Counted from the first letter of the whole stretch, positions 11,541 to 24,766 are shown. The stretch: 63,891 bases of DNA, filler included, from Octopus bimaculoides (GCF_001194135.2; 9 parts of 8 records of this genome joined end to end with filler, not necessarily neighbours in it); one strand, 5' to 3'. The notes: generated from the sequence alone by a model not told the origin. Numbers and translations are program-made.

Positions 11541-13249
11541 TCTTATTACTTGTCGGTAGCGAGTGACAAGACTTCCTTCAAGTTCAGCTATTACTATACT
11601 TCAAGTTTATCTGTTAAAAATGAATTGTTTCACGTTCTCTCGAAGTTTCTAAATTCAAATGCTGCAGACAATATAACATACTGAAGTATCTATGAAGCTT
11701 TTTATGTATTATTGGCACTGTTACGTCAAAGAAAACCGCGTCTTTGACTTGAGTTTTGTTTGCTAGATTCCGCTATAATTCTAGCTATGTTATTACATTA
11801 ATGTACGTTCACACATTACTTTACCTACCAACATCGTCATTTCTTGTCATTTAAAAATTGATAATGTCAGATTAGAAAAGAAGATTTTTAAGTTAGAGAT
11901 GTCAACGTCCTCATATTACCTAAAGCTATTTTACTTTTCGGAAGGAGAATTTCTATCTCATTGTTTTTTCTAGAAGCTGACAACGTGTTTTGCGTCTCAT
12001 TTCATTTGCATATTTATTTAGTTATTCATTGACTTCCACATGGTTCTTGCGATATCTTACGTTAAGGCAGCGATATTTCATTGAAATTATAAACAGTAAT
12101 TCTCTCTCTAGACTTCAGCTAAGCAGTAGCAGAGACGTGATGTCCTTATCAGATACACAAAAACAACACAGCACCGTATATACGTTGCATTGCATCTTGT
12201 GAGGTTTCTCTATCAAGTATTTCTTTTAAACAGTTAGGGCTTCTCAATTTTTCTTTTTGCAAAAAAAAAAAAAAAAAANNNNNNNNNNNNNNNNNNNNNN
12301 NNNNNNNNNNNNNNNNNNNNNNNNNNNNNNNNNNNNNNNNNNNNNNNNNNNNNNNNNNNNNNNNNNNNNNNNNNNNNNNNNNNNNNNNNNNNNNNNNNNN
12401 NNNNNNNNNNNNNNNNNNNNNNNNNNNNNNNNNNNNNNNNNNNNNNNNNNNNNNNNNNNNNNNNNNNNNNNNNNNNNNNNNNNNNNNNNNNNNNNNNNNN
12501 NNNNNNNNNNNNNNNNNNNNNNNNNNNNNNNNNNNNNNNNNNNNNNNNNNNNNNNNNNNNNNNNNNNNNNNNNNNNNNNNNNNNNNNNNNNNNNNNNNNN
12601 NNNNNNNNNNNNNNNNNNNNNNNNNNNNNNNNNNNNNNNNNNNNNNNNNNNNNNNNNNNNNNNNNNNNNNNNNNNNNNNNNNNNNNNNNNNNNNNNNNNN
12701 NNNNNNNNNNNNNNNNNNNNNNNNNNNNNNNNNNNNNNNNNNNNNNNNNNNNNNNNNNNNNNNNNNNNNNNNNNNNNNNNNNNNNNNNNNNNNNNNNNNN
12801 NNNNNNNNNNNNNNNNNNNNNNNNNNNNNNNNNNNNNNNNNNNNNNNNNNNNNNNNNNNNNNNNNNNNNNNNNNNNNNNNNNNNNNNNNNNNNNNNNNNN
12901 NNNNNNNNNNNNNNNNNNNNNNNNNNNNNNNNNNNNNNNNNNNNNNNNNNNNNNNNNNNNNNNNNNNNNNNNNNNNNNNNNNNNNNNNNNNNNNNNNNNN
13001 NNNNNNNNNNNNNNNNNNNNNNNNNNNNNNNNNNNNNNNNNNNNNNNNNNNNNNNNNNNNNNNNNNNNNNNNNNNNNNNNNNNNNNNNNNNNNNNNNNNN
13101 NNNNNNNNNNNNNNNNNNNNNNNNNNNNNNNNNNNNNNNNNNNNNNNNNNNNNNNNNNNNNNNNNNNNNNNNNNNNNNNNNTATATATATATATATATAT
13201 ATATATGCATATATTTAACAAATTAAAACGGATGCTTGAGTTTAACCCT

Positions 13250-13530
13250 AGGCGTTAAGTTGGCCAGTGTGAAAGGACCAATTCTGATTGTGCACCTGTA
13301 CACAAAAGGAGAAGGGCTCTTGCCCTGTTACTCAGCACTCGTGACTTTTGTTGGTGTTTTCACGAGGTCCTTAGTGCACCTCCCCTATTGGGAATTTTAA
13401 ATTGTTTAATTTTGTTATTATATTGTTTACACGTTGTAAACCCATTGTATTGTCCTGTTTTTGTCTTTTATGTTGTATGTGTTTTAATGTAATTTTATGT
13501 AAGCCCTTGTGGCCAATAAATAAATAAATT
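13250..13530 (+). mobile_element. Probable Tx1/L1-like 3' UTR fragment
   Basis: T-rich UTR-like tract ending in aagcccttgtggccaataaataaataaa, the same terminus as 49921-49938. Confidence 0.5.
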
Positions 13531-13551
13531 ATTATTGTTATTAAAACGATA

Positions 13552-14345
13552 AGCAGGCAGATTCGATAGCATACCGGGGAGAACGCTTAGCAGCATTTCG
13601 TCTATCTTTACGTTCTGAATTCAAATTCTGCCGAGGTCGACTTTGATTTTCATCCTTTCGCGGTCGATAAATTAAGAACCAGTGAAACACTGAGTCGACG
13701 TAACAGAGTTATCCCCTCCCCGAAATTGCTGTCCTTGTGGCAAAATACGCTGGGCAAATTACTGAGTGTCGTTGCGTCTGTCATTACGATCTGAGTCTAA
13801 ATTCCACCGAAGCCGATTTAGCTTCTAAGCTGAGAACACTAGGCTCGATGTGAACAATTTCCCACCACTCCGTTTTGCTGGCCTTGTGCCAAAATGTGAG
13901 AGGATTATTCCTATTTTATTGTTAAAAATAGTTTCTATTATAGGCACAAGGGTCAAGTTGTTTTTTTGTTTTGCGGGGTAAGTCGATTACATTGACTTCA
14001 GTGCTCAACTGCCACTTTTTCATCGACCTCGAATGGTTGAAAGGCAAAGTCACAGAACGCAATTCAGGCTAAGCATTTTGTCAGGCATTGATAACGATTC
14101 ATCCGGCTCGCCACCTGTGTTACTGCTAACAATACTTTTTACTAAAAACACAAGGCTTGCAATTTTGGGGAGTGAACTAGTAGATTACGTCGACCCCACT
14201 GTTTTCCTGGTACTTGATTTATCGACCCCGAAAGGATAAAAAGCCGAGTAGACATTGGTAGAATTTGAACTCTGAACAAAAATGGATGAAATGCCGCAAA
14301 GCATTTTGCCCAGAGTGCTAACGACTCTGCCAGATTGCCGACTAT
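13552..14345. mobile_element. Cluster of about 4 SINE-C copies (two + then two -)
   Basis: Repeated gaggtcgactt/aagtcgacctc core in convergent orientation. Confidence 0.7.
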
Positions 14346-15520
14346 GTGACAGTTAATAATGATTTGAAAAATATATATTGAGATTTCTATCTTAAAAATA
14401 TAATTTCACATCTTGTAAAATGTACATTAAATGTACGGCGGGTGCAGATGCCGACGCTATAAGGTTCTGGACAATGCAGAGACTTCATAGAATGTTCTTG
14501 GTTCGTATCCTAGAACAATCTCTATGGACACAGCTAAGAAGAAATTTAGCGTTCAACACATTGAAAATAACAAACGAAATAGGTTTTGCTGTCTGAGAAT
14601 AGATACCAGGTCATCTGAGTGTGTAACCTTGTTCGATATGAATTAATCATTATGTGGAGATGGTGATGAGGTAGAGGTAGGGGTGGGCGACATTTAACTT
14701 CCATCCGCTTAATGCCATCTAACTAGTTCTATGCATCAACTCTGAAAGGACAAAGAGAAAAGCGCGCAACTCTACCATTCAATTTCTCGAATATGATGAG
14801 TTGCTAACGTGTTTTTTTTTCTTTTTCTTTTTTTTTATTTGCATATTTCAACAAGAAATAATTAACATTCGATCAGCAAAACTAAGCTACAGCTAAAGCA
14901 TATCTGTAATATGTAAATAACTATAAATAATATATATATACATACACATATATATATATATATATACATATATATATGCATATNNNNNNNNNNNNNNNNN
15001 NNNNNNNNNNNNNNNNNNNNNNNNNNNNNNNNNNNNNNNNNNNNNNNNNNNNNNNNNNNNNNNNNNNNNNNNNNNNNNNNNNNNNNNNNNNNNNNNNNNN
15101 NNTATATATATATATATATGAATATATGTTATATATGGTTGTACAGACATACATGTCTATATCGCAATGGTATCAGTCAATGTGCTTTATCTGTGTTTGT
15201 GTATGAATGTATGTGTGTATGTATGTATGTATGTATGTATGTATGTGTGTATGTGTGTAAAGGAGATATGTATTGGATTTTCGAGTTCTTCTCAATAAAT
15301 GCATGAATTTGTGAAAATGTGCTTTTCCGTGTCTGACGCATCATTCAGACAGGAACTGAAGCATGAAGAAAGATGATATTTAAAGATATGCGAAAAATAA
15401 AATCACCCCCCTAAAAAAAAAAAAGAAATAAAAAAAAATAAATAAATAAATAAATAGACGAATAAACAAATAAATCCATCTGACACAGAGACACAGAAAA
15501 ACAACGAAAATACACAAACA

Positions 15521-15562
<42 letters not shown>

Positions 15563-16873
15563 ATATGTGTGTATATAGTATGTACATGTGTTGTATGGCT
15601 ATTTATGTATATGTTTGTGTGTACCCATACATACTATTTTTGTATACATATAATCGATATGNNNNNNNNNNNNNNNNNNNNNNNNNNNNNNNNNNNNNNN
15701 NNNNNNNNNNNNNNNNNNNNNNNNNNNNNNNNNNNNNNNNNNNNNNNNNNNNNNNNNNNNNNNNNNNNNNNNNNNNNNNNNNNNNNNNNNNNNNNNNNNN
15801 NNNNNNNNNNNNNNNNNNNNNNNNNNNNNNNNNNNNNNNNNNNNNNNNNNNNNNNNNNNNNNNNNNNNNNNNNNNNNNNNNNNNNNNNNNNNNNNNNNNN
15901 NNNNNNNNNNNNNNNNNNNNNNNNNNNNNNNNNNNNNNNNNNNNNNNNNNNNNNNNNNNNNNNNNNNNNNNNNNNNNNNNNNNNNNNNNNNNNNNNNNNN
16001 NNNNNNNNNNNNNNNNNNNNNNNNNNNNNNNNNNNNNNNNNNNNNNNNNNNNNNNNNNNNNNNNNNNNNNNNNNNNNNNNNNNNNNNNNNNNNNNNNNNN
16101 NNNNNNNNATATATATATGCATATAAATATATGTATATGTAGGATAATCATATATATATATATATATATGTATACACATACATATATATATAAACACACA
16201 CACATAGATATAGATGCGTGTATCTTGTCAATTGAAAATGTCATAACTGAATCATTTTCCTTTGAGCTCATTCAGAAGCAGATACCAATGAGTGTACAAA
16301 TAAACAAGATACATCTTTTGTAAAGCATCGCCACCAACGTCAGCGCCACCACTAGCCTCTACTTCTACCTCTACCCCTGACTCTAACCCTATCATCATCC
16401 TCATCAATATCTACAGCAACAACAGGAACAACATCAGTGACGACAACAGCAACCACAGTATTTTATTATACGAAAACATTCGCGTCAATGCAATGAGTTG
16501 AACAAATATTATATATGTAGTGTAATAGATTTTAGACTTATTTTTGTTTTACCGAGTAAACAACTATTAAGTGTGGAGCAAGCTTGAAACCTATTCATAA
16601 AATTTTCGTTCGCTGACATTTTTCTCTTTAACAGTCAAAACATATTAAATTGAGCCTCTCTCTCTCTCAATCTCTCTCTCACTCTCGCTCACACACACAC
16701 ACACACACACATTGACATACATATTCACATATATAGAAACAAAGGCACACTCACGCACACAGCCACATTCACACACTCACATATACGTACATTTATATAC
16801 AGAGAGAGAAATGGATAGATACCAGAGAGATAGATGCATATACACACAAGTGTGTGTGTATGGATAAATTGAC

Positions 16874-16909
<36 letters not shown>

Positions 16910-17024
16910 GTGTGTGTATGTCTGTAGCTATGTATGCATGTATGAATGTAAATATGCGTCTCTATCTATGTGTGGGATAAATTCATATATACATATGCAA
17001 TACTTTTATGTGTGTGTGTGTGTG

Positions 17025-17124
17025 NNNNNNNNNNNNNNNNNNNNNNNNNNNNNNNNNNNNNNNNNNNNTTAATTAATTAANNNNNNNNNNNNNNNNNNNN
17101 NNNNNNNNNNNNNNNNNNNNNNNN
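17025..17124. other. Artificial 100-bp scaffold linker N44-TTAATTAATTAA-N44 (also 25784-25883, 30672-30771, 33716-33815, 48518-48617, 55344-55443, 58043-58142, 60457-60556)
   Basis: Eight identical instances; the 12-mer gives stop codons in all six frames. Confidence 0.95.
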
Positions 17125-17370
17125 AGGTGCGTGGCTTAGTGGTTAGGGTGTTGGACTCATGATCGTAAGATTGTGGTTTCGATTACTGGACCGGGCGAGG
17201 CGTTGTGTTTCTGAGTAAACCACTTCATTTCACATTGTTCAAAGTCCACTCAGCTGGCAAAAATGAGTAACCCTGTGACGGACCGGCGTCCCGTCTGGGT
17301 GGGAAATATATACGCCATGAAACTGGGGAACTGGCTCTTATGAGTCGACATGACTCGAGAAGCTAACTTA
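17125..17370 (+). mobile_element. tRNA-derived SINE, same family as 7054
   Basis: ggtgcgtggcttagtggttagg...tttcgattact...agtccactcagctggcaaaaatgagt. Confidence 0.7.
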
Positions 17371-17384
17371 ACCTTTTTAGACGC

Positions 17385-17765
17385 AGGACCGGCTGTGTTG
17401 TAAGAAGCTTGCTTACCAACCACATGGTTCCGGGTTCAGTCCCACCACTTGGCACCTTGGGCAAGTGTTTTCTACTATAGGCTCGGGCCTATTAAAGCCT
17501 TGTGAGTGGATTTGGTAGACGGAAACTGAAAGAAGTCCGTCGTATATATATATATATATGTATGTATGTATTTCTGTGTTTGTCGCCCCCACGATCGCTT
17601 GACAACCGATGTTGGTGTGTTTACGCCCCCGTAACTTAGCGGTTCGGCACAAGAGACGGATAGAATAAGTACTAAGCTTACAAAGAATAGGTCCTGAGTC
17701 GAGTTGTTCAACTAATCGCGGTGCGGCACCATGCCCACAGTCAAATGACTGGAACAAATAAAAGA
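17385..17765 (+). mobile_element. SINE-B (tRNA-like head, internal microsatellite, gactgaaacaagtaaaaga-type end)
   Basis: Complete copy. Homologues lie at about 2020-2180(-), 18495-18645(-), 23225-23695(+), 29310-29825(-), 32895-33268(-), 40720-40890(+), 42545-42778(+), 47000-47160(-), 47283-47757(-), 51960-52170(+), 53560-53695(-) and 54570-54790(+). Confidence 0.85.
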
Positions 17766-17914
17766 ATATATAAATATATATATAATATATAAATGTATAT
17801 ATATATATTATATATGCATATTAAATGTAATGCCAATGCTACTTCGTAATAATTCTTGTATACACATATACACATACACACATATATATGTACACACATG
17901 CATACATACATACA

Positions 17915-17946
<32 letters not shown>

Positions 17947-17949
17947 GGA

Positions 17950-18440
17950 GGGATGAAAGAACTGGAGATATACTTGGGATGCAGTTGAATGAATAGGGTC
18001 ATCTACCTGTCATATCAGGCTCTGAAGTATGCACCTCACTACAACATTCGTGGAGTTACAGGTGAAAGATGAAATCTAGTGGCAAACGAATTGTTTTGAA
18101 AAAGAATTGGCAGGACTGTTACCAAAGTTCTGTTCCTCTTTGGCCCTCCAGGTACGCGTACATACGCTCATACTTATGCACGAAAGAAAAGAGCATTTAA
18201 TATATGGTGTAAAGAAAAATCCAACCTTATGACAAATGGCGATCTCGTGCATTGCTTACACTGTCTAAAGTTATCTTGTTACTTTCAAATCTGCTAATGC
18301 TTATGTTCAACAGCTAAATAAAACCACAGTTCTGGACGATAATGTAAGTTTATTTTATCGCATATAAATTGATATATATTAGACTCCATGCACTTTAAGT
18401 CCAAGGCTACACTGAACAATTTTATATTTTTGTGCCACAG

Positions 18441-18450
<10 letters not shown>
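17950..18450 (+). pseudogene. Possible decayed P-loop NTPase (SF3-helicase-like) relic
   Basis: TKVLFLFGPPGTRTY at 18121-18165 and, after a frameshift, AYVQQLNKTTVLDD at about 18299-18340. Confidence 0.3.
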
Positions 18451-18488
<38 letters not shown>

Positions 18489-21400
18489 TTCCCGCACAGT
18501 TTCTGTTTAGCAAATTCTCTTCACAAGCTATTAATGAATCTGAATTCATAGTGTAAAAAATCTTGTCTAAAGACTTTCACTGCAGGGTCGAACCCAGGAC
18601 TAGGTGGTTGCAAAGCGAGTTTCTTAACCACACAGCCATGCCATCCCTGTAGTAACGAAGAAACATTCAACAAACGAACTTATGAAAAATTTTAGTCTAA
18701 GTATTTTGATTGCTGTAAGAGAAAATCAAATCGTTTTCATGAAGCAACAATGTATTTTTGCTCAAATGTAAAATAGAACATCGAATGTGAAGAAAATCAA
18801 CAAAATAATTAATGATTATGCTTTGACTTTCATTTGTTGAAATTGAGTCAATTTCCTGTTGTTTTTGTTGTTGTTTTTCTCTGTGTGTGTTTAATGAGAC
18901 CATTTAGCAGATCGTCTTTGAAGAAATGATTTATACCGAGTAAAGTGCGAAATATATCTATTCCATAATAGTAAAAATAAAACAAACAAACAAAAAAAAT
19001 TTAATTTATTTCACCGATCATTTTTAACATCAAAGGTTTACATTTTGGTTAGCTTTTTGAAATGCAGCTTATTCATAAACTTTAGGGAGGAAAGAGCTGT
19101 CAGGGAGAATTTCTTTCAACAACGAAACAACTTTGCTAAGGCTTCAATGAAAGATACTTGTTTTATTGGATCACAGGCGCTCTTTTATTACTTTTTCTCC
19201 TGTCGTCATCACGAAGTTGTTATCTTTTACTAGATATCATCACTTCATATATTTAAGTAGCTATTAAACAGGCGTTGAGGAATATGCCTGGTTTTAAGTA
19301 AGTATACGAATTAACTTCATATACATTAGAGCGGAGCAAAGTTGTTCTCTGAAGTTCTGATATTTAAAAGAAGTGAAAGGATGTTGGAAATAATATAAGG
19401 TTTTTTTATTTTAAAGTTTCTAAAGTTACATTAAATAGCATTTAACTCACAATTAAGAACGAACTAATAGTTTTTAAATGTTAACTTTAGCTTCTACTCT
19501 TTCTCCCTGTTAATTTATTATGTTGTATGTTATGAAGGTCATACTGCCATAAAAGCACTGGTTATGTTTCACTTCAGTTTTATCACTAATCAATTAGAAA
19601 TAATTAACCAACTGATAAATTGGTTAACCAGTTTATCAATTGATTAATTATTTAATTAATCAATTGATAAAACTGAAGTGAAACAAATATGTGCTTTTAT
19701 TGGCTGTATGAACCTCCGAAAATACAGCAATATCAGTTCCAACACACGATTTCACATCAAGAATTTCGCAAAACAAATACAAGAAGTTAATTTAATTTAT
19801 TTAAAATTGAACCAATTTTTAACATTATTTTTTGCTATATCCAGCGGAACCGAAGGTCGACTTACATTTAAAATGTGTAAAGATTGAAGCATTCGTCTTT
19901 CTTTTTTAATAAATAATATATTTTCAGCAATAACAAGAGATCCTGAACTGAGTGCAACCCTTAGAGATTTCAGATCAACTCTGAAATCATTTATAGGAAT
20001 TTTTTCTGTTCTACGGAAATTCAATACGTTATATAATTGAGCTCACACTATGAATCTTGCTTCCCCACTCTCTCTCTCCCTTTGTTTTTGTGATGATGAT
20101 ATATATATATATATATATAAGTAATCTTCTTATGTAGATTTAATCCACAAGAAAGAACACTTCATCAACAAATCCACTCTCTTGCTTTTATTTGCAATAC
20201 TTCTCACAGATGGGGGTACATCTAATATTTCTTTGATTGGTGAAAGACCTGAAATAAAGTAACTGAATATTTGCTGCTCATGCTTCCTCAGGACATCAGT
20301 CTTCTAAAACGTCCTCTCCACATATGTTTCTTCGCGTAGATGGTAATTCACAGATTTTCTAACTGAATATCAATCGTATCTCAACACGTCATCATATTTT
20401 CTGGTATCAACGGTGGAAGAAAAAGAACTCCATTTCACGACTTGAATACTTCTCATTCAAAATATCCACAGTTACAATCGCCATTAAATAATTATAATGA
20501 ATTTCAAATACAAGCATTTAAGTGTAATTTCTCCCTCATTTGAATTTTGAGTCTTGGATCAAATTACTTATATTTAAAACTTCAAATGTATTTTGCCCTG
20601 ACTAAAACAAATATCCCCAAAATTTTGAATGTACGAAATTAAGCAAGTCTTTTCTGCATTTAAAAAAAAAAATCATTTTTGTTTTCTTTCACGTCTATCA
20701 TCGAGAGAAATATTTTTATTTTATAATCTGAGAAATATAAACAATTGGGTCTTATTACTTATAAAATATTTTGTGTTATTCATTGAGTTTAAAAACTGCC
20801 TTATTGTCCTCGTCGCAGATATATAATTATCTTTTACTGAAAATATGCCCATCTAACGTGGTACACACCACTTCTTCGTGGGTCTATTCGAAGTTGATTG
20901 ATCTGTATTCGATATTTCGTTGTTATACTCGTAAATTCTATGTAGAATCAAACAACATCGAATATTTGAACATGTTTTACTTAAAAATTCAGTCACACCA
21001 ATTTCTCGTTCCCAAACTGTTTTAAAGTTCATAAGGAACATCAGGTGATCATTCACATCCCGTATAAGGTTTGAGACAAAAAGAATTAAATTTCTGGACA
21101 TAATATAAAGTAGAATTAAGTCTTTTAACAGAACCAAATATAAGTGAAATGTTATTTATATGCGGCAAATTTATTTAGTATAGACCCCAAATTTCGAGGC
21201 CTTCATTTTCGAAGTTCAGTCATGCTTGCTGACATATCTAATAAACTCAAGCTAATACACAACTGATTTGGTTGATTAACATAGTGAGTATTTGGTTTAA
21301 GGCATTGAGTTTGAAATGCGCTTAAATAATCTATAAGCTACAAATATTCGAGAGTTTAGCATCTTTTCCAGGTAAGGTGCATTATTATTAGAGTCTTAAT

Positions 21401-21719
21401 ACTATGACCATTGAAAAAAATCGCACCTTTTCACATAAAATAGTTCTACGAAAAACATGATTCCAAATCAGAACAGATTCTGTGGCTAATATTTTCATAA
21501 AATCTGGTGTTGAAATTATGAATTTTTTTATATTTCTCATTATGATGAGTGTTTGGAATATATATCACATTCCATGTAAGGTGAGTATACAAAAAGGGAA
21601 TTTTGAGTCAACAAAATACTCTCTATACTTGAAATATTGTTTCAAGATCTTAAATGCAATTATCATCTAATACACGTATCCATATGTTTCCTGACTCATT
21701 ATATACGGCTTTAACATAA

Positions 21720-21975
21720 TTTCTAATATACATCTCTAAAAGCATTCCTAAAACACAGCTCTATCACCATTCTTAACATACAACTCTGCGTCCATTTATA
21801 ACATACACCACTAACCCCATACGCAATATAGTGCGCACATCTAATCTCATTCTTAATATACAACTATAATTTTATTCCTAGAATACACATTATAGATCCA
21901 TTCCAAAAATCCATTCCTAACATACAGCTTTACTACCTTATACGCCATTCCTAATATACACCTCTAATAACTATG
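21720..21975 (+). repeat. Degenerate ~25-bp minisatellite
   Basis: About 10 units resembling (c)attcctaatatacacctctaa. Confidence 0.65.
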
Positions 21976-23365
21976 CTAATCTAATATCTAATTGATGGTT
22001 TTTAACATTCCTATTTTTCCTGTTCTTCATGTTCACATATAATTCTGAATATAACAATGACGGCATGAAGTAATGAATTTGCTATGATATTATTGACCTT
22101 TCATTTGCACTAACATCCAGTAAAATATTTCATTGCAAAGGATCTAATGTAAAATTATCATCGAAATAACTATTTGGTTTAATTAATTATTAATTTTGCT
22201 GTTTATTTTGTAGAAGTTGAAGGAAATAAATATGTACGTGCATATCAACTTTTTAAATGTTTAACATTAGAACTCGTTGCAATGCTTCAGTTTTTTCAGA
22301 GGTATCTTTTGTGGCAACTGGAATAAAGAAATAAAGACTCCTTTGAGAGTAAAACTGAATAGCCAATAATGCCTTAGGGGAGAATAGCAATAACTGATGT
22401 TGCTTTCAAGTAATAAACAACTGCTGAAATTATCTCTGGGAAGAATTGGTGCAAGATGTGAAAAGCTCTTTACTCAATGTCAAATTTGAGGAAGTAGATG
22501 TTGATGATGAAGAGCATGTCGCTATATGCAATGAAAAGTTTACGAGAGGAATGAATTTCATTTTATCCGTGCAGCAAAATAAACGTCTCAGAAAATGATA
22601 AAGATAATGATAACATTAGCAGTATTTAAATTATGCTTAATACGCACAGCAGGAAGACGAAGCCATTCTAGATGCGATTAATGAATACTGTTGGTTAACA
22701 GATACGCCATTTTGTTTGAAGATGTTTACAACAACAAGCGCTGACAAGAGAAACTCTGATGCCGTCTCTCGACATTCCAGAAAGAGCAACTAAAACTCTT
22801 TTATGTCAAATACCGTCCTCTTCACAAAGGAAGGACGCACTGAATAAAAGAGTCCTCGATTCACTGTGCCTGAAAACGTAGACAACAGCAACATATCTCT
22901 CAGTCTAGCAGATCTTAAGATGTTTATAGCTAGATCCTTTCACATTCTTGCTAATAAGTATAAACTGAGGACACAAAGGAACATCAAATTGTATCTTAAT
23001 TAAAAAGGAATTGCCAAGCTGTTGAATCCTCATTCGTGAGGGTCAGAGGTCATGATTATTACTATGGTACACCTTAGAATGTAGATGATTCAAAGAGGGA
23101 CGCAGTACCTCTTGTGGATGTATCATCAGATGAAGGAACAGAACTCAGCACCAAAAGCTGAATCAGGTTACAACAGTGAAATATCAGCCAAGTCTCCCTA
23201 AATCATATGCTGGTATTAATAAAAAGAGCCACGTGGTTTCAGGTTCAGTCCCACAGCACGGCATCTTGGGAAAGTGTCTTTTACTATAGCCCCGGGTCCA
23301 CTAATGCTTTGGGAGTGAATTTAAAAGACAGAAATTGTGGTGAAGGCTGTCGCGTGTGTTTATGC

Positions 23366-23418
<53 letters not shown>

Positions 23419-23793
23419 NNNNNNNNNNNNNNNNNNNNNNNNNNNNNNNNNNNNNNNNNNNNNNNNNNNNNNNNNNNNNNNNNNNNNNNNNNNNNNNNNN
23501 NNNNNNNNNNNNNNNNNNNNNNNNNNNNNNNNNNNNNNNNNNNNNNNNNNNNNNNNNNNNNNNNNNNNNNNNNNNNNNNNNNNNNNNNNNNNNNNNNNNN
23601 NNNNNNNNNNNNNNNNNNNNNNNNNNNNNNNNNNNNNNNNNNNNNNNNNNNNNNNNNNNNNNNNNNNNNGACTGAAACAAGTAAAAGATTTAAAAAGAAC
23701 AGCAAGAAGAAGGAGGAGAAGGATTACGAATAGAAGAAGAAGAAGAAGAAGAAGAAGAAGGAGGAGGAGGAGGAGGAGGAGAATAACAACAAC

Positions 23794-23825
<32 letters not shown>

Positions 23826-24124
23826 GAAGAAGAAGAACGGCAATGAACTTTGTAGCCCTGTGGTACCTGCTTCAGCTTGAGGGACTGGGCCATTGATAGA
23901 TAATCACTTTTGGTATAAACACAGTAGAGCTGATCACAGGATAAGCCTTTCGGTTTGCTGCCACGTTATACATATGTTTATTTCTTCTGTTTGTATGGTT
24001 TTTAAATGAAGAATCATGTTTTGTTTTGAAGATCTCACGGCAGTAAGTATATCCATTTTTTTTTCTTTACAGCGTACATTTAGCTGTCGGAAGTATTGTC
24101 AAAGTGTGTGTGTCCTTTGTATTA

Positions 24125-24766
24125 TAGACACAAGGCCTGAAATTTTGGTGGAGGGGTAGGTCAAAAGGCTGCTCAGCATGTTGCCCAGATGGCTAACGAG
24201 TGTGTCAGCTCACTATAATAATAATAATAATAATCCTTTCTATTAAAGACACAAGGCCTGAAATTTGTGGGGAGGGGTCTAGTCGATTACATCGACTCCA
24301 GTGTTTCACTGGTACTTAATTTATCGACCGCAAAATGATGAAAGGCAAAGTCGACTTCGTCGGAATTTAAACTCAAAACATAAAAGTTAAAATTGATCTC
24401 GGTGAGAATCGAACTTAGAATGTAAAGAACCGAAACAAATACCACTTGCAACGCATTTTTTCTGACGCTTTAACGCTTCTGCTAGATGGCCACCTACCCT
24501 AATTGTTATTTTTAATTTAGGTACAAACTCAGCAGTTTTAGGGTGATAATATCGATTCCCGGTACTTGGCTGGTACTTTATGTTAACGACTCCGGAGCAA
24601 CAAAAAGGAAAGATTACCTCTAATGAATTTGAACTCAGAAGGTAAAGAGTCGGAAGAAATTCCACAAAATGTTTCTCCAGCGTTCTAACGACTCGCCCGT
24701 CTTACTGCCAATAGTAATGACATGGAGTGAAGGCGTGTGGCAGCGAGGTCAAGAAACGGCAGTCAA
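24125..24766 (-). mobile_element. Tandem SINE-C array
   Basis: Three or more head-to-tail units with gcaaagtcgac/gaatttgaactcagaa cores. Confidence 0.75.

Noticed and set aside
21720-21975. CRISPR array
   Set aside because: The units are degenerate, the spacers are short and mutually similar, there are no cas genes, and the context is eukaryotic.
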